From positions 6,448,001-6,512,000 of the forward strand of contig OZ024762.1 of the NCBI GenBank assembly GCA_964016885.1: a stretch of DNA of 64,000 nt, given 5' to 3'. The notes under the pieces are model-generated. The model was not told where the DNA came from, did no database searches, and saw only the letters and a list, made by a program, of their open reading frames with translations. Each line of letters begins with the position of its first letter. Position 1 is the first letter of the stretch. Made by a program: the position numbers and the translations under genes. Below are positions 11,651 through 24,112 of this stretch, piece by piece. The stretch comes from Eledone cirrhosa (taxonomy: Eukaryota).

Positions 11651-12747
11651 AGTCATTCGTCTCATTCTGACGTCACTAGCCCTGTTCTCCATGTGTGTTT
11701 ATTATCTTAATTCCACATGAGGTGTAACTAGCCTGCTTTTAAATTCCCTTTTCGCATATTTTAGCTGTGGGTCTTAGTTATCGTGTTGAGCTCTAGTGAG
11801 GCACGACTCCAACTGTGACTAACCCCACTGAAAAGTTTCGTGAAATAGACTTTTTAAGACTATATAGAGCATTTGTAGATTTTTCTAAATTAAAGAATAA
11901 GTATTTACCCTTAATTTTATTCTGAGTTAAGACCCTATTGGTTTTTTTCCCTGGATTACACAAAATCTGTGGATAAAATTTCTGTCTTGACTTTTATTTT
12001 AAAATTGAGATTGAATTATTTTCCCATATCTTACGTTAAATATTTTCCATCTTGACGTAATAGTCACTTATATGTATGAATTACTGTTGGCTTCTTGCTC
12101 ACATTAATTTCTCTATTTTCATTTATATATATATACAAATATAAATTAGCGAGAATCGTATTTCGGCTATTGGAAATTAGCGAAAAACAACTTCCGAGAT
12201 GTGTGGCAAGCGTTCAATAGATTCTAACGAACCAGAGCTACAACATACGTTAAAAGGCCAAACACACCATTATCCGCACAGCCATAGAAATGACCAAGTA
12301 ATTCGGGTCAAACAAATAAAAAAATGTGGGGTGGGGGGGGGGGGGTGAGCATAGTGACGAGGTGGTGGTAGTGAAGAGCAATGGTTGATGTAAGTTGTGG
12401 GGTGTGTGGCGTTTTGGCTTAACATGGACATGTCGGTGTGTACGGGGTGAGGCGGATGTGGTGTGGGGGTGGTAAGACTGTGCGTGATAGGATATGAAAG
12501 AGTGCGGTGTTGTACTAGGGGTAGGGTGGGGGAGTTCTGCTTGTCATTTTTGTCATGGGAGAGTGAGTGGAAGGAATGTGGGGAGACATGAACGAGGTAG
12601 GTTATACTAGGTTAGGGTGGAACTATAAAGAATTAATGAAGTAATAAAAATGGTATGAGGTTAGTGTTTGAAAAGGTTGCTAAAACACTGTGGATAGAGT
12701 CAAGATACCAGTGCAGTGCATATTGTGTGGAAAGAATATAAAAAGGA

Positions 12748-12779
<32 letters not shown>

Positions 12780-12904
12780 CACAGTAATAGAGAAGACCCG
12801 CCTTACCTAAGTACAAAGTGAAACCTACTACAGTCAGTAGGCACCTCTAACAAAATACACCCCCGTCCCACTACCCCCACTCCATCCACACCACCCCTTT
12901 CAAT

Positions 12905-13190
12905 GTAAAGTTATGTTGGTACCACAACATCCAGCCCGAAACAAATGAGGTCGTGTAGGTGTCACTACAAAAAACACACAGTCCACGCTGTAATGTGGCC
13001 GTGTAGGTAACACGGTAAAAACCTCCCAGTTCCACACTGTAAATGTGGTTGGTGTTAGGAAGGGCATCCAGCCGTAGAAAACCCACCAGACAGTCCTATG
13101 CGAGCAAGACAACCACTCTTGCCTCAAGTGGGAAAACTCCCGTCCAAACCCATGCAAGCGTGGAATATGGACGTTAAACGATGATGATGA
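12905..13190 (+). mobile_element. SINE-like family B with RTE-type (GAT)n tail
   Basis: GGTGTTAGGAAGGGCATCCAG core and CCCATGC..GGACGTTAAACGATGATGAT end; copies at about 21320, 24535, 44775, 47115, 53120, 53790. Confidence 0.8.
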
Positions 13191-13288
13191 TATATATATA
13201 TGTAGAAGTTATATTTAATTTGTTGGGATACAACAAGCAAATATTTTTATAACTGATATAACGCACTCAACAAATTTTTGGAGTAAAA

Positions 13289-13655
13289 ATACAATATATT
13301 AACAAATGGAAAATATTTATTAAAACCATATTTATTTCATTACACATATTTCAAGGACACCAAAGCAAATTATGGTGCGCTTTCATCAGATAAAATATAA
13401 TATAGATCAGTTTTATAAACAAATATTGACATACCCTTAAAAGAATGAGACCATGTCTGTTGGAAGCTCCCGGTAGCTTCCAACAGACATGGTCTCATTC
13501 TTTTAAGGGTATGTCAATATTTGTTTATAAAACTGATCTATATTATATTTTGTCTGATGAAAGCACACACTAATTTAACTTGGTGTCCTTGAAATATGTA
13601 TAATGAAATAAATATGGTTTTATAAATATAGTTTCCATTTGTTAATATATTGTAT
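13289..13655. repeat. Long inverted repeat (about 180-bp arms, 6-nt spacer), probably head-to-head Penelope termini
   Basis: ...ACCATGTCTGTTGGAAGCT cccggt AGCTTCCAACAGACATGGT...; each arm carries CTGATGA...GAAA. Confidence 0.9.
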
Positions 13656-15109
13656 ATATATATGTTGTCTGTGATCTTAAAATGAAAGTTTACCACATTA
13701 TTTAACCTGCTTTAGAATCATAGGGAAAAATGGTTTAGGGAGTATTATATGTTAGGATTAATAATAATAAATCGGTGGGCTAGTTAGTGAATGCAGATCT
13801 GTTGATGTATTTACAAACGTACGTATTACTACGTTTTCAATGTCAACATACATTTTAGGTACGTTCTGTGATGCGATCTTTGTTAGCTTGCAATATTTGC
13901 GCAAAATTTGAAACGTTTATATAGTCGAATATAAATGTTTATATTTTTAGTTCAGTATTTTGGACTATTTAACTCACAGTCCGTGGTATTAGCTTAAGTG
14001 AATGCTTTGCTGTATTAAGTCGCTAACAATTCTGTTTTTATTTCAAATCTTGACGGAGGTCGATGTATTTGCCTTTGATACTTACTGGGGTCGATAAGAT
14101 ACAACACTAGAGAATTAGTAGTGGTGTCGATCGGAATGTTTACTTCTATTAGCGAACAGAAATATACGATAAAGAAAGTATAAATAATAAAATTAATATA
14201 ATATAAAAGAAATGAGAAGAAAAAACTCGATTTATAAAAACCAAATTATACCCAATCGAAAATGTGTACGGTGGGCCTATATATTAAAAATCGATATTTT
14301 AAATAGGCGTATCATTTGATAATTAATTTAACTAATATCACTAAAGATAGGCAGAAAGATTGATATAAGAATATTTACTGAATTACTACTACTACTACCA
14401 CCACTACTACTATTACTATTACTACTACTAACAACAGTTTCTTATATAAGCATTAGATATTTTCCTACACGTACATAGCCATACTAGATAGAAGTGAAAT
14501 AAAATTGGAATTTATTGATGAAAATATTAGCAAAATAAATATCAGCTAATTATATAAATTATTGTCTCTGTTATATATCTATATATAGATATAGAATATG
14601 TAGTAGGTGTGTGTGTTCGTGTATAACAGTTGACAATCTGGTTTTGCATATTATCCTGTAAATATTTCCCTTCGGTAAAGCAGGATATATATGAATATAC
14701 GAAATCAGAGTTAATTATTGAGGCAAATAAATATATGATTGATTAAGCTCACAGATAAGTACTTAGCTACACTAATCTAAACACCACAATAAAATAAAAA
14801 ATAATAGTAAATTAGCAACATGGAAATAAATGGCCAAATAAAACACTTCGAAAATAACGATTCAAAATAAGATACAGAAACACACACTACTGAAAAATAT
14901 ACAATAACCTCAATAACAAAAGAATCTGTTAGTAAAATATTATAAAAGGGGATCGAGAGTGGTTAATATTTGAAAGGGAACGTCACCCTCATTTAATACA
15001 GGTAGGTAATATTAATTGGAGCTGCAATAGACATACACGTGTCGTATTTTCGACATTTGTTACGAAGACAAACAAAACCCTTGAAATAACTAATGCTATA
15101 AGGTCTTAC

Positions 15110-15190
15110 CTGGATTAAAAACTTTGCATAAGACAAAGGGTGAAAAACAGACGTCAACAAAGCACCGAATCCATGTTCTACAGTCAACAT
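15110..15190 (-). CDS. MTCH2: MTCH2-like coding exon 1 (MLTVEHGFGALLTSVFHPLSYAKFLIQ)
   Basis: ATG in ccacaATG context; HPL-x-Y-x-K-x-LIQ MTCH motif; CAG/gtaaga donor. Confidence 0.93.
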
Positions 15191-16029
15191 TGTGGTAGAG
15201 CGAAGTGAAGTGACTTAAGTTAACATGAAAGTGGAAAAAACTAAAATGACTGGAAAACCCGCACAACAAGGAAGGATAACTCTAGAATGTCTCATTCTCA
15301 ATCATCTCCCTTTGAAATTTGTGTTGAATGTTTCATTCTAATGAAATGCTTATTATTTTAAACTAGATCACCTGTGACCTGTTGGGTCACGTTCACTTCA
15401 AAAAACGTTTTTGAAAATCATGTTCACTTAAAAATATTTTTTAAATAATTAAAATATACACCGACATGTATATAATGTGAAATGAAACTGGAAGGCCCAT
15501 ATATATAAATGTGTGTGTTTGTATATATATATGTGTGTGTGTGTGTATATATGAGGGTGTCTGTGATCTATATACACTGGTCATAGACACACACATATAT
15601 ACATATACACAACACCATCAGCTCTCTCTCTCTCTTCCATTCTCCTTCTCTGTCTCCTCACCCTCTCTCTATGTCTCTATTTCAATCTACTCTCTTACAA
15701 CCACTATCTCTTCTTCTCTCTTTGTTTATGCAGGTACCAGGAAAAAACCCATAATTCGGGAACCCGTGCTCCGAGTTATGTTAAACTTGTTTTATTTCAT
15801 TTGTTTTCCCATTTCAGGGTCAACTTCCTTTCAAAGTATTTTCCCATTATGCATCCTTTTGGCTGTATTACATTACAGACAAGCAAGCAAGCAACCGCAG
15901 AGTTTTAGTAGCATATAGATTAATGAAGAATTTTGAGGGATTTACTAAAATTATGAATTATTCCGCTATTAAAATAATTCTCTACTTTTGGCACAAGGCC
16001 AGCAATTATATCAGTGGTAGTTGTGAGAT

Positions 16030-16860
16030 TATATACCATTTTTTAGAATTATAAAGGTGATAAAATTTCAACCCATTCACATAGGCAGTAGATCTTTCTA
16101 TTATCCCCCATTTGATGGAAAAAGGTGTTCTTAATGCTCCATAGATGATTTGCGAGCAGGGTGGCATGTTTTCTGTCAGGATATCTGAAGGTTGTTTCAT
16201 GATTCAGGTACATACCAACATAGATCCAGGCTTCAGTTTGGTGGTTCTGGTTGGTGGAGGTAACCTCTGCTTGGTATATCACCATTGGAGTGTTGCACTG
16301 TTGATCTAGTGGGCATGTATCTGGCCTTCTACCTGAGTATCTGTACGGTGGAGGGCTTTTGTGTTTGCTGGTGATATGGGCTTTAATGTTATTGGTTTAT
16401 TGGTACAAGAGTAGCCTATTTTTACTGTATGGCGATTAAATATCTTTCGGTATTTATGGCCAACAGGGAAACGGAGATCTATGAGGGCTAGGAATTTTTT
16501 TACCTACATTAGTTTTCACATTAAGGTGGCACAAAACATGACATCTTTATGTCTAGGTTTTTTTCTTACTAGATAGGCGGTGATCTGAAGAGTACATGAT
16601 GTTTTTTGGAGAAGCTGCTGTTGCTTAGTGTTGAATTATAGTAGGGTGCTGCCCTATCAAAGATGGCTTTGGCTTTGCTGGAGGAGAGGTTGGACTCCCT
16701 TTTACTAATGTTGTTAATAAGGTTTTTAAAAACTATAGGCGGGTGGCTAGAGTCCTTATGGATGCACCTGAGTTTCTCACTGGGTTTGTGGAATGGTCTA
16801 TATGTGCGTGTCTAAGTTAACGTCTAGGAAGTTGACATTGGTGAGGTTGGTGGCTATCGT
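16030..16860 (-). mobile_element. Penelope-like element fragment (RT C-terminus, Cys linker, GIY-YIG endonuclease), frameshifted
   Basis: VNFLDV, PFHKP...IHKDSSHPP, KIFNRHTVKIGYSC, CPLDQQC, VIYQAEV...IYVG. Confidence 0.88.
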
Positions 16861-16912
16861 AATTTATATATACATATATGTGTATATATATATATCAGTA
16901 TATATATATATA

Positions 16913-17180
16913 CAGTTGTCTCATGGTATTTGCGAGGGTTATGTTCATAGAGCACCCGCAAGGAGTGAAAACCCGCAACTATTGGATGAGGTCCATAAAA
17001 ATGCCTATAAACGGCAAAACATTAAGTAAAATATAGGCTGGCAAATACGGTATATTGTTATTAATGATTTAGCGTTAAAAAATATATATATTGTCACGAA
17101 AAAAGTATAAAAAATCCTGGAAGATATTTATCATTTCACGAATATGCAGTGGTTTTCACGAACAATTATTAGTTAGGTTC
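16913..17180. mobile_element. Tigger/pogo-like DNA transposon fragment
   Basis: TA-CAGTTGTCTCATGGTATTTGCGAGGGTT terminus; only one end recognisable. Confidence 0.4.
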
Positions 17181-17700
17181 TAAGAATCTGTAAGCCTTGT
17201 AATATATAGATATATATATATATATAGAGAGAGAGAGAATAAAAGTAACCAGATCATGTCAGTTTTAAAAACGAGGTTTAGCAGATGAGATGCTGAAATT
17301 AAAAGTAAGAAAATGGCAACAGGAAAGCTGAGGATAAAGTGAAGAAGAGTCATTGGAATTATAAGAATCTGTAAGCCTTGTAATAATTGTTTCTACTTTA
17401 GGCACAAGGCCAGCAATTACCCAGTGCATTACTGGTACTTTATTTTATCGACCCCGTAAGGATGAAAGACAAAGTTAACCTCGGTGAGATTTGAACTCAG
17501 ACCGTAAAGGGACGTAACTATGCTGGAAAGCATGGCGTCCGACCCTCTACCGATACTGCCAATCCACCGCCCTTGTAATAATGGTTTCTGATTTAGGCAG
17601 AAGGTCAACAGTTTGTAGGGAGCAGAAAGTAATCGTAGCGATCCAGTTCTTAACAGGTACTTTATTTTATCTTGAGAAAATGAAAGGCAAAGTCGACCTC

Positions 17701-18220
17701 GGTTATAGCATCATGCTGTATGTCAACTCCGTCAGGTGTTATAGCATCATGCTGTATGTCAACTCCGTCAGGTGTTATAGCATCATGCCGTATGTCAACT
17801 CCGTCAGGTGTTATGACACCATGCTGTATGTCAACTCCGTCAGGTGTTATAGCATCATGCCGTATGTCAACTCCGTCAGGTGCTATAGCATCATGCCGTA
17901 TGTCAACTCCGTCAGGTGTTATGGCACCATGCCGTATGTCAACTCCGTCAGGTGTTATGGCATCATGCCGTATGTCAACTCCGTCAGGTGCTATAGCATC
18001 ATGCCGTATGTCAACTCCGTCAGGTGTTATGGCACCATGCCGTATGTCAACTCCGTCAGGTGTTATGGCACCATGCTGTATGTCAACTCCGTCAGGTGTT
18101 ATGGCACCATGCTGTATGTCAACTCCGTCAGGTGTTATGGCACCATGCTGTATGTCAACTCCGTCAGGTGTTATGGCACCATGCTGTATGTCAACTCCGT
18201 CAGGTGTTATGGCACCATGC
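17701..18220. repeat. 39-bp minisatellite, about 13 copies
   Basis: Unit GTTATRGCAYCATGCYGTATGTCAACTCCGTCAGGT-like; explains four overlapping ORFs. Confidence 0.97.
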
Positions 18221-18333
18221 ATGCATGGAAAAAAATACAAAAAAGAAAAACAATCCAACACCAATTGTTGTTTTAATACAGATTTTATATATCTTTGCTT
18301 TGAAAAAAAAAAAATATATATATATACATATAC

Positions 18334-18364
<31 letters not shown>

Positions 18365-18635
18365 TATATATATATATATATATCAAACATGAAGAAAGTT
18401 TAAAAAAAACAAAAACAAATCTGAAGAAAACAAAAAACAAAATGAACTGAAACAAACAAAAGACAAAAAGTACTACTAACCAAAATAATGTAAAGATACT
18501 TTTATAAGAAAAAATGACTATTGTTGCGACAAAATTAATTTACACGAGTATGAAGAAAATTTCTAATAATCATAATTACTTTACTCTTTTATTGGTTTCA
18601 GTCATTAGACTGTGGCCATGCTAGGGCACCATCTT

Positions 18636-18671
<36 letters not shown>

Positions 18672-18774
18672 TCATTTTTGTATTTGTATTTGTTTTACAA
18701 GATTCTTGATGTGAAATCGGGTATAGGGTCATATTAGCAATAATAAAAAAAAAAGCCCATATCTTCTTTGGCAG

Positions 18775-18990
18775 GGACATCATACTGCCAATATGCCAAT
18801 AAAAACAGCTATTGTACTTTATTAGGGACATCATAGTGCCAATAAAAACAGCTATTGTACTTTATTAGGGACATCATAGTGCCAATAAAAACAGCTATTG
18901 TACTTTATTAGGGGACATCATAGTGCCAATAAAAACAGCTATTGTACTTTATTAGGGGACATCATACTGCCAATAAAAACAGTTATTGTT
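18775..18990. repeat. 43-44-bp tandem repeat, about 4.5 copies
   Basis: GGGACATCATAGTGCCAATAAAAACAGCTATTGTACTTTATTA. Confidence 0.92.
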
Positions 18991-20387
18991 GGACTGGGGG
19001 GGGGGGGCTATACCTACAATAAGGATAATGATTTCTGATTTAGGCACAAGGCCAAACATTTTTGGTGAGGGGAAAGTTGATTAAATCAATCCCAGTGCGT
19101 GACTGGTACTTTATTTTATTGGCCCCATAAGGAAGAAAGCCAAAGCTAAACTTGGTGGGATTTGAATTCAGAATGTAAAGAGCTGTAACTCTATGCTGAA
19201 ACGCATAATGTCCAACGCTCTACTGATACTGCCAATCTACCGCCCTCACAATAATAATTGTTTCTACTTTTTGGCACAAGGCCAGCAATTACCCAGTACA
19301 TTACTGGTACTTTATTTTATCGACCCCGTAAGGATGAAAGGCAAAGTCAACCTCGGCGGGATTTGAACTCAGATCGTAAAGGGACGTAACTATGCTGGAA
19401 AGCATGGCGTCCGACCCTCTACCGATACTGCCAATGACTAAAAACATTGATATTGTTGTACTTTGGCAGGGTCATACCCCCGATATTGTTGTACATCAAC
19501 AAAGCCATCATATTGCCAACAAAAACAGATACCGTTGTACTTTGGCTGGGTCTTATTGGCAATAAACAATAAAACAGATATTATTGTACACTGATAAGGT
19601 TATCATATTGTCAATAAAAACAGATACCGTTGTACTTTGACAGGGTCATTCTACCAATAAAAACAATTATTCTTGTATTGAATATTGGCATTCGAAAAAA
19701 ACAACAGATATTGTCCTTTAGTAAGGTGAAGAAAAACAGATACTTTAATATTGGCAATAAAGCCGCCTCCCTCAGATATTGTGGCAGGGGTTACACTGCT
19801 GAGAAAAACAAGGTCATACTATCAATCTGTTTCTGTTTTTTTTTTTCAACTTTTTAAAATATTTTGTGGGGTTTTTCCTTTATCTCAAAGATGTTTTTCC
19901 CTCTTTTACAAACAGAATTATAATGAAATATCCTCTCCGCTAATTTTTTTTTTTCTTTAGATTACTACACCTAAATCTGAAGGAGACATTTACACAAGTT
20001 TCTTTTTTTTTCATTTAAAAAAAAAATTTCTTACTGCTTAGTTAAGATGGCCAGTGTTGGTGGTCCTCTTCAGAGCCTCTGAAAGTTATGGAAATGAAGG
20101 AAGGAATGAAAAAGGTACCTTTGAACTGAAGACCTGATATGATTGTTTGCAACAGAGTAAACACTCTGCTAAAAGCACCCAAAAGCCAGGTGGTGGCGGT
20201 GGCGATGTTAAACTAGGTGATGGGTTTAATTCTATCACTCATGTGGGTCACAGCGAGATTTGAACTCAGAATACAAAATATAAATGGATTATAGAAATAT
20301 GTAGATAAAAACTCGTGTGGCCACATTGGAAAAATAAATAAATAAATAAATAAATATATATATATATATAAAAAAAAAAAAAAAAAA

Positions 20388-20785
20388 GGATCGACCGACT
20401 TTCATCAAATCGGACCGAGGAAACAATGTTTCCATTGGTCTTTCCAGTTGCTAGTACTATCTATCGGTCGCAACTCCAGGTAGAAGGAGCAACGTGAAAT
20501 AAAGTGTCTTGCTCAAGGACATAACGCATCGCCTGGTCCAGGAATCGAACTCACAATCTCAAGATTGTGAATCCAATTCTCTAACCACTCAGCCACACGC
20601 CTTCACAATCGTAAGGTTGTGAGTTCGATTCCTGGACCAGGCAATGTGTTATGTCCTTGAGCAAGACACTTTATTTCACGTTGCTCCTTCTACCTGGAGT
20701 TGCGACCGATAGATAGTATTAGCAACTGGAAACACCAACGGAAACATTGTTCCCTTGGTCCGATTTGCCGAAAGTCGATCGTTCC
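20388..20785. mobile_element. Head-to-head inverted pair of a tRNA-derived SINE (family C)
   Basis: GAGTTCGATTCC B-box and GTCCTTGAGCAAGACACTT core in both orientations; third copy at about 31170-31370. Confidence 0.88.
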
Positions 20786-23377
20786 TTTATATATATATAT
20801 ATGCTACTAATACTAATCAACCTGGAAAGGTTGATGCTGGGAATCTCCTTGAGGGGTCACAGCCAAAACGAGCAAATCAGAGAAAGAACCGGAATGAAGA
20901 GCATTATCACTGGGTCCCCGTCTGAACAAACTCAGATGAGCTGGACATGTTGCATGGTTCACTGAGAATCTGTGGACCCGTACGAGTGGAAAGGACCTCT
21001 TGGAAGGCCTCCACTCAGATTGATGATACAAAGGGAATAATTGGACCGCAATGGAGGAGGAAGGTGAGATAAAGAACGGAATGGATGAAATGCTGTGGCC
21101 AGCAGATTCAAAGCGATATCAAGGTCCTTATTTTGGTTTTCTCTGTGTGCTTCCAATTTAGAATAGGTACACAGTATCCCTGCATGTTGCAAGAGTTGGC
21201 AACTAAAACAGGGTTTGGTGCCAGAAAGGGCACCAAACTGTAAAACATTGCCAATAATAATAGGACCCCCATGATGAGGCCTGGCCTTATGAAGTATAAA
21301 ATCCTATTAGGGGTTACATCATCATCATCATCATCATCGTTTAATGTCCATCTTCCACGCTAGCATGGGTTACACGGTTTTGTTCCATTTAATGCGGGAC
21401 TGGTTGGGAGACCATGTCTCGCTCGCACGTAAACATCTCTGGCAGGTTTTTTTTTTTTACAGCTGGATGCCCTTCCTAACACCAACCACATTTACAGTGT
21501 GGACTGGGAGCCTTTTCACCGCGTCTCCTACATGGCTACCTTACATATATATTGCAATGTGTTGTTGTGTGTAGTTGACAAACCGAAAGTAAATTATTGT
21601 AGTGTGGGACCCTATTAAGGGTTACATATATATATATTGATTTCAATTTAAGCAAAAGGTTAGCAAAATTTGGGGGAGGGGCAAAGTTAACTGAACCCCA
21701 GTACTTGACTGGTACTTTATTTTATCAACCTTGAAAGGATGAAAGGCAAAGTTGACTCTGGTGGGATTTGAAAGTATTACATATATATTACAATGTGTTG
21801 CTGAGTGTAATTGAGAGCAGATTACTGTAGTGTGGGGCTCTTTTAGGTGGTGGAACCACTTATATGGCGTGGGGTCTCTTAGGTGGTGTGACCCTTTTAT
21901 GTGGCATGAGGCCCTATAAAGTGGTATGGGTGCCTGCTGGGGGTTACATATATATTGCAATGTATTGCTGTGTATTTGACAAACCAAGACTAGATTGCTC
22001 TAGTATGGAGCCCTGCCCATGATGTATATGAAGTCTATCAAGAGGGGCCCCCTGCAAGGTTAACCTCTGCTTTAACTTTGGAGGGGAAAATGGTTTCAAA
22101 ATGCTTTGTTGTTTAAAAGTAAGTAATTCTTGGTATGTGGGTTAAAGACATTTCTCAACATTAACATTACCTCCAACCTCAATACATTCCATCAACCTTT
22201 CTATTTTTCAGGTTTATCAAAAAAATTTATCAGTTGAACACAAAGAAGAACTTGAGGAAATAAAAGCAGTAGTGCTGTTTAGTTTTACAACCAGAAAGAG
22301 TGGTCAAGTTTAATTGTAATGGTTTTATAGAAAAATATCTAAAAACGAGCTTTGTTAATTCAAATATTTATAGTATCTTTACTAGTTGACAAATCATTGT
22401 GAAAATTTACAGTAAACTACAGTAAATATTTTAATTTTTAATGTGATGCAGTTGTGTTTTGTACGTTTAAATAATTGTTTCTACTTTAGGCACAAGGCCA
22501 GCAATTACCCAGTGCATTACTGGTACTTTATTTTATCGACCTCGTAAGGATGAAAGGCAAAGTCAATCTCGGCAGGATTTGAACTCAGATCGTAAAGGGA
22601 CGTAACTATGCTGGAAAGCATGGCGTCCGACCCTCTACCGATACTGCCAATCCACCGTTTAAATAATGTCTTGTTAATGTGGTTTTAGGTGGTTTGTTAA
22701 TTGAAATGTTTATAATATCTTTACTAGTGGACAGATTGTTGCAAAGATTTGCAGAATTAAGCTAAATATTTTAGTTTTTAATGTAATGCAGTCATAGTAC
22801 TGTTTTGTACTTTACAAGAATGTCTTGCTAGTGTGGCTTCAGATGGTTTAAATTATAATAAAATTGTAATGAATGATAAAAGAAAAGATAAAATAAAGAA
22901 ACCATTCTGAGATTTTGAATGACCCCTGGATAGTGTGAGTTCCCAAGTTTAGCTTAAATCTGGTCCTGAGCCCTGATTGTAAGGATCTGCCAAGAAGAAA
23001 CCCATGAAGTTGGCTCAACAGAGAATAAAATAACAATCCCCCACAAAAGCCAATTTCAAATGCAAAGGTAATTAATGAACAGGGGATGGAGGAGGGGCTA
23101 GCCCTAGCTGAAAATATCATCTGGCCCTTTAAATACTGGCAGGGTGTGGGTGGTGGGAAGGAGGGAGGCTCAAGAGCACAACAATGCAATCATCCAGTCT
23201 AGAAATCAAACCCGCAACCTTACGATCCTGAGCCAAATACTCTAACCACTAGACCACACACCTTCATGAAATATAAGGTATTGCTTTGAAGGATACTGGA
23301 AGCTGAAAATATTAAGGACATACTTCATCAACAATAATGGATTGAGTTTCTGTTGAGGAAACTGTACATACATTTAA

Positions 23378-23760
23378 ACCTGGTAGACTTATAGGGGCAC
23401 CGTCTTGGGTACTTAAGCCTGGTAGACTTATAGGGGCACCGTCTTGGGTACTTAAGCCTGGTAGACTTATAGGGGCACCGTCTTGAGTACTTAAGCCTGG
23501 TAGATTTATAGGGGCACTGTCTTGGGTACTTAAACCTGGTAGATTTATAGGGGCACTGTCTTGGGTACTTAAACCTGGTAGATTTATAGGGGCACTGTCT
23601 TGGGTACTTAAGCCTGGTAGACTTATAGGGGCACTGTCTTGGGTACTTAAACCTGGTAGACTTATAGGGGCACTGTCTTGGGTACTTAAATCTGGTAGAC
23701 TTATAGGGGCACTGTCTTGGGTACTTAAATCTGGTAGACTTATAGGGGCACTGTCTTGGT
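23378..23760. repeat. 39-bp minisatellite, about 10 copies
   Basis: Unit CCTGGTAGAYTTATAGGGGCACYGTCTTGGGTACTTAAR. Confidence 0.97.
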
Positions 23761-23849
23761 AAACATTTGAAGCTAGGATTGAGCAATAAATCTCCTATGT
23801 AACACCTCCACTTTGTTCTTATTATATATATATATAATAAGAACAAATA

Positions 23850-24112
23850 CTGGCCTTGCTCAGTATATAGGAAAGGTGTAGGTAGAAACTCCATCCTCTG
23901 CCCCAAAAGCAAACTATGGGTACACAAGAGATGTAGTGGGATCTCAGGAAGTTTAGCTAAGAATGTAGGCTTTACATGTAGCAGTTGCACTGGAACAGTA
24001 AGCAGCAAATGACTGCAGGAAACAAGCACTGCCAAATTCTGAGAGGACTCTGTAGAAACAGTAGACAGCTTCTGCTACCTAAGTGACCGAATTAGCAGTG
24101 GTGGTGGGTGTT
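23850..24112 (+). mobile_element. RTE LINE fragment (Cys-rich region)
   Basis: Homologous to 47780-48050 (WPCS..KGVGRNSILCPK..LWVHKRCSG). Confidence 0.8.

Noticed and set aside
13040-13085. Twister ribozyme in SINE family B (GGTTGGTGTTAGGAAGGGCATCC resembles sequence next to RTE twisters)
   Set aside because: The conserved GUCCCAAGC loop and UAA cleavage junction are absent
17581-18403. 231-242 aa repetitive ORFs on both strands
   Set aside because: A 39-bp minisatellite that is stop-free in several frames; no domain or splice support
19255-19435. tRNA-like A/B boxes
   Set aside because: These are SINE heads without a complete cloverleaf, repeated many times in the window
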